Notes under the pieces: generated by a model
Seen by the model: only the letters and a program-made list of their open reading frames with translations
What the model was told of the DNA's origin: nothing
The model's database searches: none
In this document: positions 1 to 8,780 of the stretch, one piece after another
Numbering within the stretch: position 1 is the stretch's first letter
How the letters are laid out: each line of letters starts with the position of its first letter
Source of the DNA: Escherichia coli
GTDB taxonomy: Bacteria > Pseudomonadota > Gammaproteobacteria > Enterobacterales > Enterobacteriaceae
Strand: one strand, 5' to 3'
Assembly (NCBI RefSeq): GCF_016903815.1
Contig: NZ_CP069973.1
DNA length: 64,000 nucleotides
Program-made: the position numbers and the translations under genes

Positions 1-510
1 AGACCTGCTGATGGCAAGGTCGACACGCAATCTGCCGGTCCGCCATCAAAAAGCGCGGTGAACGCCTGTGCGGATAACGGAACATCGCGCTCATTTTGCA
101 GTAGCACTTGCGTTAACCGCTGAGCGATGACGTCTTTATGCGCTTCGGCTTGCTCAAGTGTTAATCCGGTCGTCAGCAGCCGCATGCCACAAGAAATATC
201 GGTGCCGATGGCGGCGGGAATGACTAAATCCGGCGTTGAGGCCACCACCGCGCCAACGGGGACGCCATTGCCGGGATGAAAATCTGGCGTCGCGCACGTC
301 TGGCGCACATAACCTGGGTGGTCTGGTAGCTTCGCTTCTGCAAAATCAAGCAGTTGTGTTACTGCTTTTTCTTCCAGCGGCAGTTCGTCCGGCAGCAGTA
401 CGCGGGCACTGGCACCTGATGGACGAGATAATGAAACAATATTGTTGGCGCGGGAAAGTTGGATCCCTTTGCGCAGAAAGGCTTTATCAAGCCTTGAAAG
501 ATGATGCATA
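1..510 (-). CDS. RtcB-family RNA ligase-like protein, N-terminal part (gene continues beyond window start)
   Basis: Manual minus-strand translation from ATG at 510-508 gives MHHLSRLDKAFLRKG...TPDFHPGNGVPVGAVVA...IPAAIGTDISCGMRLL, matching the conserved RtcB metal-binding motifs (PDxHxGxG ... IPAAVGxDIxCGM). Not in the ORF track as a minus-strand ORF because it is truncated by the window edge. Confidence 0.55.
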
Positions 511-760
511 ACGCTGTCCTGAAATATAGACGTTAAACAACCCCCTGTATTGCGAGGGTAATTTTGTCTTTCCGGTCAGCAGCCAGCAAAAGGGAAAGAA
601 AACGCGCGTAGTGTATGTGGCGATAGCAAGTTTTACAAGTGGTAAATCTGGCTTATTGTTAAAGAGGAATTATCTTTTGTGAAGTCTTTTAAGGCCATGA
701 CTCATTCAATTTAACCGGACATAGATAATATATAACATAGGGTATATAAATTTATCATTG

Positions 761-892
761 TATACTTGTCATAATTCAAGTTGCATGTGCTGCATCGATG
801 TTCGCTCACTCAGGTCACTTACTTATGTAAGCTTCTGGAAATTCATTATTTGTTCCCTTCCTGCAACTTGACTTATTTAGAGTATATTCATG
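761..892. repeat. ERIC/IRU intergenic repeat, copy 1
   Basis: Contains caagttgcatgtgctgc...ttcgctcac...agtcacttacttatgtaagct, the reverse complement of the ERIC core (AAGCTTACATAAGTAAGTGACTGGGGTGAGCG); about 85-90% identical by eye to the second copy at 46690-46816. Confidence 0.8.
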
Positions 893-1098
893 TATATGAA
901 TAATATTCTTGCAATAATAGCTTTAAAGTATTGCATGCGGATAACTGAGGTGAAATTCCTGTTTTAGGATTATTGTCACTTTATTTTCCTGGTTAGACAT
1001 ATAGCTGACTGGTTTGTTTATTTGAATTATGATATTCATTAGTGCTACTGTTTTTTATAAAATAATTTTTGAATTGTTATTTTTTCACGGACGGAATT

Positions 1099-2004
1099 AT
1101 GCGAGGAAAAATACCTAAAACGGAGCTGCTGGTGACTTTTGAGGTCGTCGCACGTTATGAAAGTTATACCAGAGCGGCAGAGGAGTTAGCGTTAACCCAA
1201 AGTGCAGTATTCAGACAAGTAAGTGCGCTGGAGGAATTTTTACATACTCCGTTATTTTCACACTCTAAAAAACGCATTTTTCTTAATGATGCAGGGAAGT
1301 ATTACCTGGGGATAGTAAAAGAAACATTAAATAAGCTGGAACGCGATACCAATACCATTATGACCTGGCAGCCTACGGTTCAGGTTATTGAACTTGCCGT
1401 GAATCCTACGTTTAGTACCCACTGGTTAATCCCAAATTTACATGAATTCACAAAGTTACATCCCGATATTATTGTTAATATTCACTCTTTAGCTAATAAC
1501 GGCGATTTTCTTAATCGGGAGTACGATGCTGTCATTATGCGCGAAAATTTTTGCGCGCCCTGGGCGGAAGTAGAATATCTCTTTGATGAGGAGATTTTGC
1601 CGGTATGCAGCGGCAGTTTGCTTGCAATGTCCGATCAAAAACTGTCAGTGGCAGAACTGCTTACAGAGTTACCACTTCTGCATCAAAGTACCCGTATTAC
1701 TGGCTGGGAAGAGTGGTTTGCCTTATCTGGCGTTAGCAGTCCGCTGGTCAACAACGGACCACGTTTCGATTTGCTTTCAATGCTGATTGCCGCCGTGCGC
1801 TCTAATCTCGGCGTGGCGCTGTTACCACGGTTCGCTATTCAACATGATTTGGATAGTGGCGATATGGTGATTCCCTGTGATGTGCCTATTCGTACCGGTA
1901 ATCGTTTTATTATGACGTGGCAGGAAGAGAAGTCTGACTCACCGCACTTGCAGCAATTTCGTGAATGGTTGCTGGCGAAATCGGTTGTACCGCAGGAGAT
2001 GTAA
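1099..2004 (+). CDS. LysR-type transcriptional regulator (likely regulator of the adjacent glutamate-fermentation operon)
   Basis: ORF 1069-2004; N-terminal HTH signature (TFEVVARYESYTRAAEELALTQSAVFRQVSALE) places the likely start at ATG 1099 (MRGKIPK). C-terminal LysR substrate-binding domain length (about 300 aa). Confidence 0.8.
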   Translation: MRGKIPKTELLVTFEVVARYESYTRAAEELALTQSAVFRQVSALEEFLHTPLFSHSKKRIFLNDAGKYYLGIVKETLNKLERDTNTIMTWQPTVQVIELAVNPTFSTHWLIPNLHEFTKLHPDIIVNIHSLANNGDFLNREYDAVIMRENFCAPWAEVEYLFDEEILPVCSGSLLAMSDQKLSVAELLTELPLLHQSTRITGWEEWFALSGVSSPLVNNGPRFDLLSMLIAAVRSNLGVALLPRFAIQHDLDSGDMVIPCDVPIRTGNRFIMTWQEEKSDSPHLQQFREWLLAKSVVPQEM

Positions 2005-2006
2005 AA

Positions 2007-2034
2007 CCTGCGCCTGGCGGGATGCCAGGCGCAG
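2007..2034. terminator. Bidirectional rho-independent-like hairpin between the convergent LysR and adenosyltransferase genes
   Basis: cctgcgcctggc-gggat-gccaggcgcagg perfect GC-rich inverted repeat directly after the LysR stop (2002-2004) and after the end of the minus-strand operon (2038). Confidence 0.6.
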
Positions 2035-2037
2035 TTA

Positions 2038-2640
2038 TTACCAGTCGATACCCGGCTGGGCCTGAATGCCGTTATCAAAAGCATGTTTGACGGGGCGGAT
2101 TTCGCTGACCGTATCCGCCATTTTTAATATCTGACTGTGGCAACCGCGTCCGGTGACAATGACACTTTGTTGTGCCGGGCGGTTTTGCAGAGAAGCGATC
2201 ACTTCTTCGGTATCCAGATAATGGTAAGCCAGCATATAGGTCAGCTCATCAAGCACCACTAAGTCGTAACGCTTGTCAGCCAGCATCCGTTTGCTTTCCG
2301 ACCAGACCTCTTTCGCCGCGTCGATATCCGCTTGCCGGTTCTGTGTCTCCCAGGTAAAACCGGTTCCCATAATATGAAACTCAACCCCCAGCGGCTGGAG
2401 AAGGTTGTATTCGCCGTTGTCCCATTGCCCCTTGATGTACTGCGCAACCCCCACCGTTTTGCCATGACCCACCGCGCGCGTCACAGTACCAAACGCGGCA
2501 GTGGATTTCCCTTTGCCATTGCCGGTGAAAACAATCAAAATCCCTTTTTTCTCTATCGCCGCCGCGATGCGCGTATCGACCTGTTCCTTCAATTTCTGCT
2601 GGCGCTGCACATGCCGTTCAGTTGAAATTCGCGCTTCCAT
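2038..2640 (-). CDS. cob(I)alamin adenosyltransferase (BtuR/CobA/CobO family)
   Basis: 200 aa; P-loop GNGKGKST and overall similarity to BtuR/CobO; last gene of the B12-dependent glutamate mutase operon. Confidence 0.8.
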   Translation of the reverse strand: MEARISTERHVQRQQKLKEQVDTRIAAAIEKKGILIVFTGNGKGKSTAAFGTVTRAVGHGKTVGVAQYIKGQWDNGEYNLLQPLGVEFHIMGTGFTWETQNRQADIDAAKEVWSESKRMLADKRYDLVVLDELTYMLAYHYLDTEEVIASLQNRPAQQSVIVTGRGCHSQILKMADTVSEIRPVKHAFDNGIQAQPGIDW

Positions 2641-2649
2641 TCATTTTCC

Positions 2650-4302
2650 TTAATGTCCCGCAGGGCAACTGGCGCAGCGGTGTTGCTGCTCAAACTGACT
2701 AAAGAAATTATTGCCTTTATCATCTACCAGGATGAATGCGGGCAGATTTTCCACTTCCATCATCCACACCGCTTCCATACCCAGCTCCGGGTATTCCAGG
2801 CAACGCAGACTTTTGACATATTCTTGCGCCAGTAACGCAGCTGCACCGCCAATACTACCCAGATTGAAGCCACCATGTTTGTGACAGGCATCGGTGACCT
2901 GCTGGCTGCGGTTACCTTTCGATAACATCACCAGACTGCCGCCAGCCGCCTGGAAGGTATCGACATAACCGTCCATTCGACCGCCCGTGGTTGGACCCAG
3001 TGAACCGCAGGCCATGTTCTCCGGTGTTTTCGCCGGGCCAGCGTAATAGACAATATGATGCTTCAGGTAATCCGGCATCGGTTCGCCGCTATCCAGCCGC
3101 GCTTTTATTTTGGCGTGGGCGATATCGCGCGCCACTACGATGGGACCATTTAACGACACGCGGGTGCCTACCGGTAATCTGGCGAGATCCTGCATCACGT
3201 CACGCAACGGACGGTTTAGATCCAGTTGTACATGTGGCGCGTGATTTTCTTCCCGCAGTGAGGCTGGAATATATTGCCCCGGATTGTGTTCGAGTTTTTC
3301 CAGCCAGATACCGTGCTTGTTAATTTTTGCTTTGATATTGCGATCGGCAGAACAGGAGAGCGCCATAGCTATCGGGCAAGAGCCACCGTGACGCGGCAGA
3401 CGAATGACGCGAATATCATGAGCGAAATATTTACCCCCAAATTGCGCACCAATACCAAATTGCTGACTGGCCTCGAGCAACACTTTTTCCAGCTCAATAT
3501 CACGGAATGCTTGTCCCTGCTCGTTTCCGCTGGTGGGCAAATTGTCGTAATATTTCGTTGAGGCCAGCTTGGCAACTTTTAAGGTTTGATCGGCTGAAAG
3601 CCCTCCGACGACAAAGGCGATGTGGTAAGGCGGGCAGGCAGCGGTGCCCAGCGATTTCATTTTTTCGATTAAAAATGCGGTCAGTTTTTCTGGTTGCAAT
3701 AAGGATTTGGTTTCCTGATAAAGTGCGGCTTTATTGGCGGAGCCGCCCCCTTTATTAACACAGAGAAAATGGTACTCATTACCAGCGACAGCGCTGATAT
3801 CAATCTGCGCCGGGAGATTGGTTTGCGTATTGACTTCGGTATACATATCCAGCGGCGCATTTTGTGAAAAGCGCAGATTATTTTCCTGGAAAGTACTGTA
3901 AATGCCTTTGCTTAAGGCTTCAGCGTCGTTACCTCCCGTCCATATCTGTTGCCCTTTACTGGCAACAATAGTTGCGGTGCCGGTATCCTGACAGTTGGGT
4001 AATATCCCTTTTGCTGAGACTTCAGCATTACGTAATAACTGCAACGCAACGTATTTATCATTACTACTGGCCTGCGGATCGTTAAGAATGCTGGCGACCT
4101 GTTGCAAATGAGCGGAACGTAAGAAAAAAGAGGCTTCATAAAATGCCTGCCGGGCAAGCAGCGTTAATGCTTCAGGAGCGATTTTTATCACTTCTTCGCC
4201 GTCTAATTCCGTTACTGTAATATGTTGATCGCTAATTAATGTATATTCTGTACCGTCTTTATTTTGTAGAAACGGTTCTTGCCAGATAAATGGTTTGGAC
4301 AT
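2650..4302 (-). CDS. fumD: Class I (Fe-S) fumarate hydratase family protein, predicted mesaconase/fumarase
   Basis: 550 aa, full-length FumA/FumB-like protein with conserved Cys ligands; sits in a methylaspartate-pathway operon where mesaconate hydration is the required step. The fumD name is from memory of the literature, not verified. Confidence 0.8.
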   Translation of the reverse strand: MSKPFIWQEPFLQNKDGTEYTLISDQHITVTELDGEEVIKIAPEALTLLARQAFYEASFFLRSAHLQQVASILNDPQASSNDKYVALQLLRNAEVSAKGILPNCQDTGTATIVASKGQQIWTGGNDAEALSKGIYSTFQENNLRFSQNAPLDMYTEVNTQTNLPAQIDISAVAGNEYHFLCVNKGGGSANKAALYQETKSLLQPEKLTAFLIEKMKSLGTAACPPYHIAFVVGGLSADQTLKVAKLASTKYYDNLPTSGNEQGQAFRDIELEKVLLEASQQFGIGAQFGGKYFAHDIRVIRLPRHGGSCPIAMALSCSADRNIKAKINKHGIWLEKLEHNPGQYIPASLREENHAPHVQLDLNRPLRDVMQDLARLPVGTRVSLNGPIVVARDIAHAKIKARLDSGEPMPDYLKHHIVYYAGPAKTPENMACGSLGPTTGGRMDGYVDTFQAAGGSLVMLSKGNRSQQVTDACHKHGGFNLGSIGGAAALLAQEYVKSLRCLEYPELGMEAVWMMEVENLPAFILVDDKGNNFFSQFEQQHRCASCPAGH

Positions 4303-4409
4303 ATTTCACTTTTCACCTTAAACGTTAGTGTTACTTAATTGCCGTCTAACTTCATGATCCGGCTTATAAAAATGCGTAGTCATTGGCTTCTGATTGCTTA
4401 AGATCCCCC

Positions 4410-5690
4410 TCAGGGCAGAGCAACGTTCGATTCATTGGGTTTTAATGCTTTACCCCGACAACCCTCGCCGAAATGTTCGCCTTCCCACCGACTCACCATC
4501 GCAGCGCCCATTGCGTTGCTCATGACGTTTGTCGCGGAACGCCCCATATCAAGGAACGGATCAACGCCCATCAGCAAGATCAGCCCCGCTTCCGGAATAT
4601 TGAACTGGTTGAGCGTGGCGGCGATAACCACCATTGAGGCGCGTGGTACGCCAGCCATTCCTTTCGAGGTCAACATCAGGATCAACAGCATGGTGATTTG
4701 CTCACCGATGGATAAATGGATATTGCAGGCCTGGGCGATGAAAACTGTGGCGAAGGAGCAGTAGGCCATTGATCCAACGAGATTAAATGAGTAGCCAATG
4801 GGTAAGACAAAGCTGGCAATTTTGGGGGAAACGCCAAATTGCTCCAGTTTTTCAAGCGTTCCCGGAAAAGCCGCTTCAGAACTGGATGTGGTAAATGCCA
4901 GCAGGGCGGGTTCCGAAAGGGCGCGGGTCAGGCGTCTGATGCAGGGGCCGACATAAACGATGGCCAGACCGATAAGCAGCACCCAAAGTAATAACATGGT
5001 GAAATAAAATTCACCCATAAAGATCCCGGCGCTCACCATAACTGCCAGTCCTCGTTCAGCAATCAATGCTGAAATAGCAGCGAATACGGTCAGGGGAGCG
5101 AAGAGCATGACGTAGCCAGTGAGCTTTAACATGGCATGTGCCAGCGAATCTAAGGCGTGAACGATGGCGCTGCCTTTCTCGCCAATCGCCGTCAGGCTAC
5201 AGCCGAGGAAAATTGAGAACACCACGATTTGCAAAATTTCATTGTGCGCCATGGCATCGACAATGCTGGTGGGGAAAGCATGCGAAATAAATACTTTTAG
5301 CGTAAAGGGTTCTGACGCGACCACTCCGGTGGTTTCGGCTCCGTGTGCAACAAAATTAATTCCTGTGCCTGGCATGAAGAAATTTACTGTTATCAAGCCT
5401 AAGGCAATTGACAGCAATGAGGCGCAAATAAATAAAAAGAGTGTTTTAGAAAAAATACGACCAAGGGCTTTGGCATCTCCCATTTTAGCTATACCTACCA
5501 CCAGGGTAGAGGCCACTAACGGAGCGATAATCATTTTTATCAGTCGTAAGAAAATCGTCGTGAATATCGATATTTCTTGCGCATAGAGTTTTGCGGTTTC
5601 CGGTGAAGCAGTGTTATTGAGCACTACGCCGATAATCACTCCAAGTACCAGCGCCAAAAGAATCATCGTGGTTAAACTTATTTTCTTCAT
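4410..5690 (-). CDS. Dicarboxylate/amino acid:cation symporter (DAACS, GltP/DctA-like), probable glutamate or C5-dicarboxylate transporter
   Basis: ORF 4410-5711; multiple TM segments and DAACS family similarity. Start trimmed to ATG 5690 (MKKISLTT), which is preceded by a GGAGGA ribosome-binding site. Confidence 0.8.
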   Translation of the reverse strand: MKKISLTTMILLALVLGVIIGVVLNNTASPETAKLYAQEISIFTTIFLRLIKMIIAPLVASTLVVGIAKMGDAKALGRIFSKTLFLFICASLLSIALGLITVNFFMPGTGINFVAHGAETTGVVASEPFTLKVFISHAFPTSIVDAMAHNEILQIVVFSIFLGCSLTAIGEKGSAIVHALDSLAHAMLKLTGYVMLFAPLTVFAAISALIAERGLAVMVSAGIFMGEFYFTMLLLWVLLIGLAIVYVGPCIRRLTRALSEPALLAFTTSSSEAAFPGTLEKLEQFGVSPKIASFVLPIGYSFNLVGSMAYCSFATVFIAQACNIHLSIGEQITMLLILMLTSKGMAGVPRASMVVIAATLNQFNIPEAGLILLMGVDPFLDMGRSATNVMSNAMGAAMVSRWEGEHFGEGCRGKALKPNESNVALP

Positions 5691-5850
5691 TTTTTCCTCC
5701 ATCAGGTGCACGGCGATAAATCAGAATCAGGAGAAGTAGATGCCTGAATAGAGATTCAGGCACCTACCTGCTATTACAACCTTACAAATAGCTGAAGTGT
5801 TGAACTGCAATAAGTGACGGGATGTCAGTTGGCTAAAAGTATTCGGATTT

Positions 5851-6168
5851 TTACAAATCGAAACTCATATTTAATAAAGGTGCATGTTGCTGTGCACCAT
5901 AGACATCATTGTCACCTACATTCCCGGAGATAATATCTCGTGGCATGACGATTTTTACTGCGTTAGAAGGATCAAACCAGACAATACGGTGAATAAAGTC
6001 AGGTTCAACATGATATAAGCGCGCAATCAGTTCTGGGGTTAATTGCCCTGATGATTTAACTCGCTCATAGTTTTCTTTCGTTTTAAATAAAATATCTAAA
6101 ACCAGTTCGTAAGGTCCGGCATTTTTCGAACGAATGACTTGCGCCAGTGAGACAATTGACTGTTTCAT
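5851..6168 (-). CDS. Small conserved protein of unknown function (DUF4387-like), partner of the upstream DUF1446 gene
   Basis: 105 aa ORF whose start overlaps the stop of the 456-aa ORF by 4 nt (translational coupling); family assignment is from memory. Confidence 0.6.
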   Translation of the reverse strand: MKQSIVSLAQVIRSKNAGPYELVLDILFKTKENYERVKSSGQLTPELIARLYHVEPDFIHRIVWFDPSNAVKIVMPRDIISGNVGDNDVYGAQQHAPLLNMSFDL

Positions 6169-7535
6169 GCCTGAACTCCTTCTGGCGTCACCTGTTCAAT
6201 ATGGAAATCAAAACGCAGAGCGTCGTTGGCTTCAATCAGGTGATATATGGAAAATTCGTATACTGGCCCGCCCTGGATATCAGAAGGGGAGAACGGGAAC
6301 GCCAGGTTGCCTGCGGTAGCGATGCGGTTTTCATAGCCGTAGTGCAGCATAGTAGAGCGCACCAGCGAGCAAACGCTGTTGGCAATCTCCTGGGTCGGCG
6401 CAACTACATCTAGGACAATCCCCAGCTCATGCCCGGCAGTTTGCATCGGTTCATGGTCGCCCATCACCCCGTTTTTGCCGTACAGGTGGAAATTGATGTG
6501 AATGCTGTCATCGTCGAGCGACAGGTTACGCGAAACGCTGGTTTTGACTTCATCGATGATTTTATCGATCCCGGCGATCATGATCGGGTCGCGCGTTCCG
6601 GCGATGGTCAGACAGCGGAAGCCCACCCGTCGCGCACCTTCCAGTTTCAGGGCATACGGCGTTTCTTCATGCTTAGAACCGCTGACGTACACTTCGCTGT
6701 CATTGACCGCTTTAAATGTGCAGCCTTTCAGGTTCAACACGCCGCCAGGTCCAGGCAGGAAGTAGGGATCGGATTTCTCATACAGTGTGTGTGCAGCCGC
6801 TGACGTTTCGGTAAATTTACGCTTCGGATTAAATGTCTTCAGCGTAAAGCCGTTGTCATCAATGATGCCCATCGCACAGTCAGAGCCTGAGCCGGGCGTT
6901 GCGGCGATTGCCGCGCATTCAAGGATTTTCCCACAATGCAGCGCCAGACCTTCATCAAAGCCTTGCATGATCGGAAGCGCAGCAAAGCAGGCCGGGTCGT
7001 AAGCGCGCCCGCCCAGCACCACTTGCGCGCCTTCTTTCAGCGCCTGCTGGAAGGGTTCGATGCCCATTTGCGCGACGATATACGTACTTTCGTCAATCGC
7101 GTCGTGGGTTAACGGCGGGACAAAATCCAGCGCCGTGATTTTGCCGTTATCCAGCGCCTGGTGGACGATGGCTTTGTCAACGTCTGCCGGGATCAGCGCC
7201 ATCGAGAACGAGAGGTGCTCTTCCCGGGCAATCTCATGAATTATTTCTCGGCACCACTCCAGGTGTGGTGCGGCACCAGAACCGCCAGCCGTTCCGATCA
7301 CCACCGGTATATTATTTTGCACGCCTGCGGTGATCATATAGCGCAGATCGCGCTTGACCCCTGCGCGATCGGTAAACGGTTTGCCTGCCCCGAGGTAGTG
7401 GGGGCCTGGATCGGAAGAGCCTGCATCAACGGCGATCAGATCGGGCGATTCTGCCATCGCTTTGCGGAAGCTCTCTTCCGGGAATCCATACCCGAGGATT
7501 GCCGTTGGCGATAAGACTTTAAAAGAACGAGCCAT
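6165..7535 (-). CDS. AtuA-like / DUF1446 family protein of unknown function
   Basis: 456 aa ORF, operon-internal between methylaspartate ammonia-lyase and the transporter; resembles the AtuA (acyclic terpene utilisation) DUF1446 family by length and N-terminal motif. No characterised catalytic function known to me. Confidence 0.6.
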   Translation of the reverse strand: MARSFKVLSPTAILGYGFPEESFRKAMAESPDLIAVDAGSSDPGPHYLGAGKPFTDRAGVKRDLRYMITAGVQNNIPVVIGTAGGSGAAPHLEWCREIIHEIAREEHLSFSMALIPADVDKAIVHQALDNGKITALDFVPPLTHDAIDESTYIVAQMGIEPFQQALKEGAQVVLGGRAYDPACFAALPIMQGFDEGLALHCGKILECAAIAATPGSGSDCAMGIIDDNGFTLKTFNPKRKFTETSAAAHTLYEKSDPYFLPGPGGVLNLKGCTFKAVNDSEVYVSGSKHEETPYALKLEGARRVGFRCLTIAGTRDPIMIAGIDKIIDEVKTSVSRNLSLDDDSIHINFHLYGKNGVMGDHEPMQTAGHELGIVLDVVAPTQEIANSVCSLVRSTMLHYGYENRIATAGNLAFPFSPSDIQGGPVYEFSIYHLIEANDALRFDFHIEQVTPEGVQA

Positions 7536-7538
7536 TTG

Positions 7539-8780
7539 TTAATCCTTAGCCTGCAACAGCGCGATAGTACGATTCATTTCGTTGAAGACGATATCGAGGC
7601 CTTCGTCAAAGCCCATCCCTGGTTTTACCAGCATACGCATGGGGCGAGCGGCAAGGGCGACGTGGACACAGGTGCGGGCACTGACATCAGTTTCATTGCA
7701 GGTGCCGCCCTGGTACGCTTCCATGTTGTGGCTGTTGCAATAAAGAACTGCATCGACGATGTTGTGAATACTGCCCAGATCCGGGGTTTTGATTTGCACC
7801 ATGTGGCAACTGGCGGCATCGGTGAAATCAACAATATCCTGGTAGGTGTTACACCATTCATCGGCCACTAGTTTCACGCCGGAACCGAGGCGCGTCAGCT
7901 CTTTGGTAATCGCGGTCAGCAGGCGAATTTGATCGGGCTTGTTACCGGCATCGACCGGACCTTCAATGTAGAGCGGCAGGCCTTGCGCTTCTTTTTCCAG
8001 GCTGGCGATGTATTGCGCACAGCGAAGCGGATCCATATCGAAGATCAGACCGATAGTGCCGTATACATCGATGTGCAGGGTAGGGTGGTAGCGTGCGCTG
8101 GTGCGCTTGCTCAGAATACGATCCGACAGCCAGCGGACATATTCGCGCAGTTTTTCACCTTTAAAGCCCAGTTTCTCTTCGACGTTATTAATCAGTGCAT
8201 GGGGCAGCACGTCGATGCCCTTAAGGATCATCTTATCGACGGCGATATATCGATCGTCGCCGCTCTGACCAAATAATGGAATGGATTCCGCCACGCGTGG
8301 CAACTGCCATTCATCACAGACCACTTCAGTTTTCAGACGGCCGGTTGCCAGCGCGGTAGCATCAAGCAGCGCCTGTGATAATCCGTAGCGCACGGCGGTA
8401 TGCAGCAAGTTGCCGTCAATACGCAATTTGTCGAAGAAACGGGCATTCGGCAGGAAAGTATCCACATCGCGGCCTACCAGTAATGGCTTGATATGGTCGT
8501 TGAGGAACGGAATAAAGTGCTCCGCGAGGAACAGTGGATCGCGACCACCTGCCCCGGAATACTGTACGGCAGCACAGTCACCTACGGCGACCGCGCCGTT
8601 TTCCAGAATCAACTGTACCGATACGCACTCCCCGGCCTGACGTACGGCGTTAAACCCCTGTGTTACTGGCTCCCCGGTATAAAAAAAACCGTCGTGACCC
8701 GCTCCGTTTTTTATCGCCTGCTGGTCATCGAAATAGAATGAGGAGTAGCCAGCGGTAAAAAGGGCCTGTTTTATTTTCAT
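7539..8780 (-). CDS. 3-methylaspartate ammonia-lyase (methylaspartase, enolase superfamily)
   Basis: 413 aa, classic methylaspartase length and enolase-superfamily architecture; immediately downstream of the glutamate mutase genes. Confidence 0.85.
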   Translation of the reverse strand: MKIKQALFTAGYSSFYFDDQQAIKNGAGHDGFFYTGEPVTQGFNAVRQAGECVSVQLILENGAVAVGDCAAVQYSGAGGRDPLFLAEHFIPFLNDHIKPLLVGRDVDTFLPNARFFDKLRIDGNLLHTAVRYGLSQALLDATALATGRLKTEVVCDEWQLPRVAESIPLFGQSGDDRYIAVDKMILKGIDVLPHALINNVEEKLGFKGEKLREYVRWLSDRILSKRTSARYHPTLHIDVYGTIGLIFDMDPLRCAQYIASLEKEAQGLPLYIEGPVDAGNKPDQIRLLTAITKELTRLGSGVKLVADEWCNTYQDIVDFTDAASCHMVQIKTPDLGSIHNIVDAVLYCNSHNMEAYQGGTCNETDVSARTCVHVALAARPMRMLVKPGMGFDEGLDIVFNEMNRTIALLQAKD

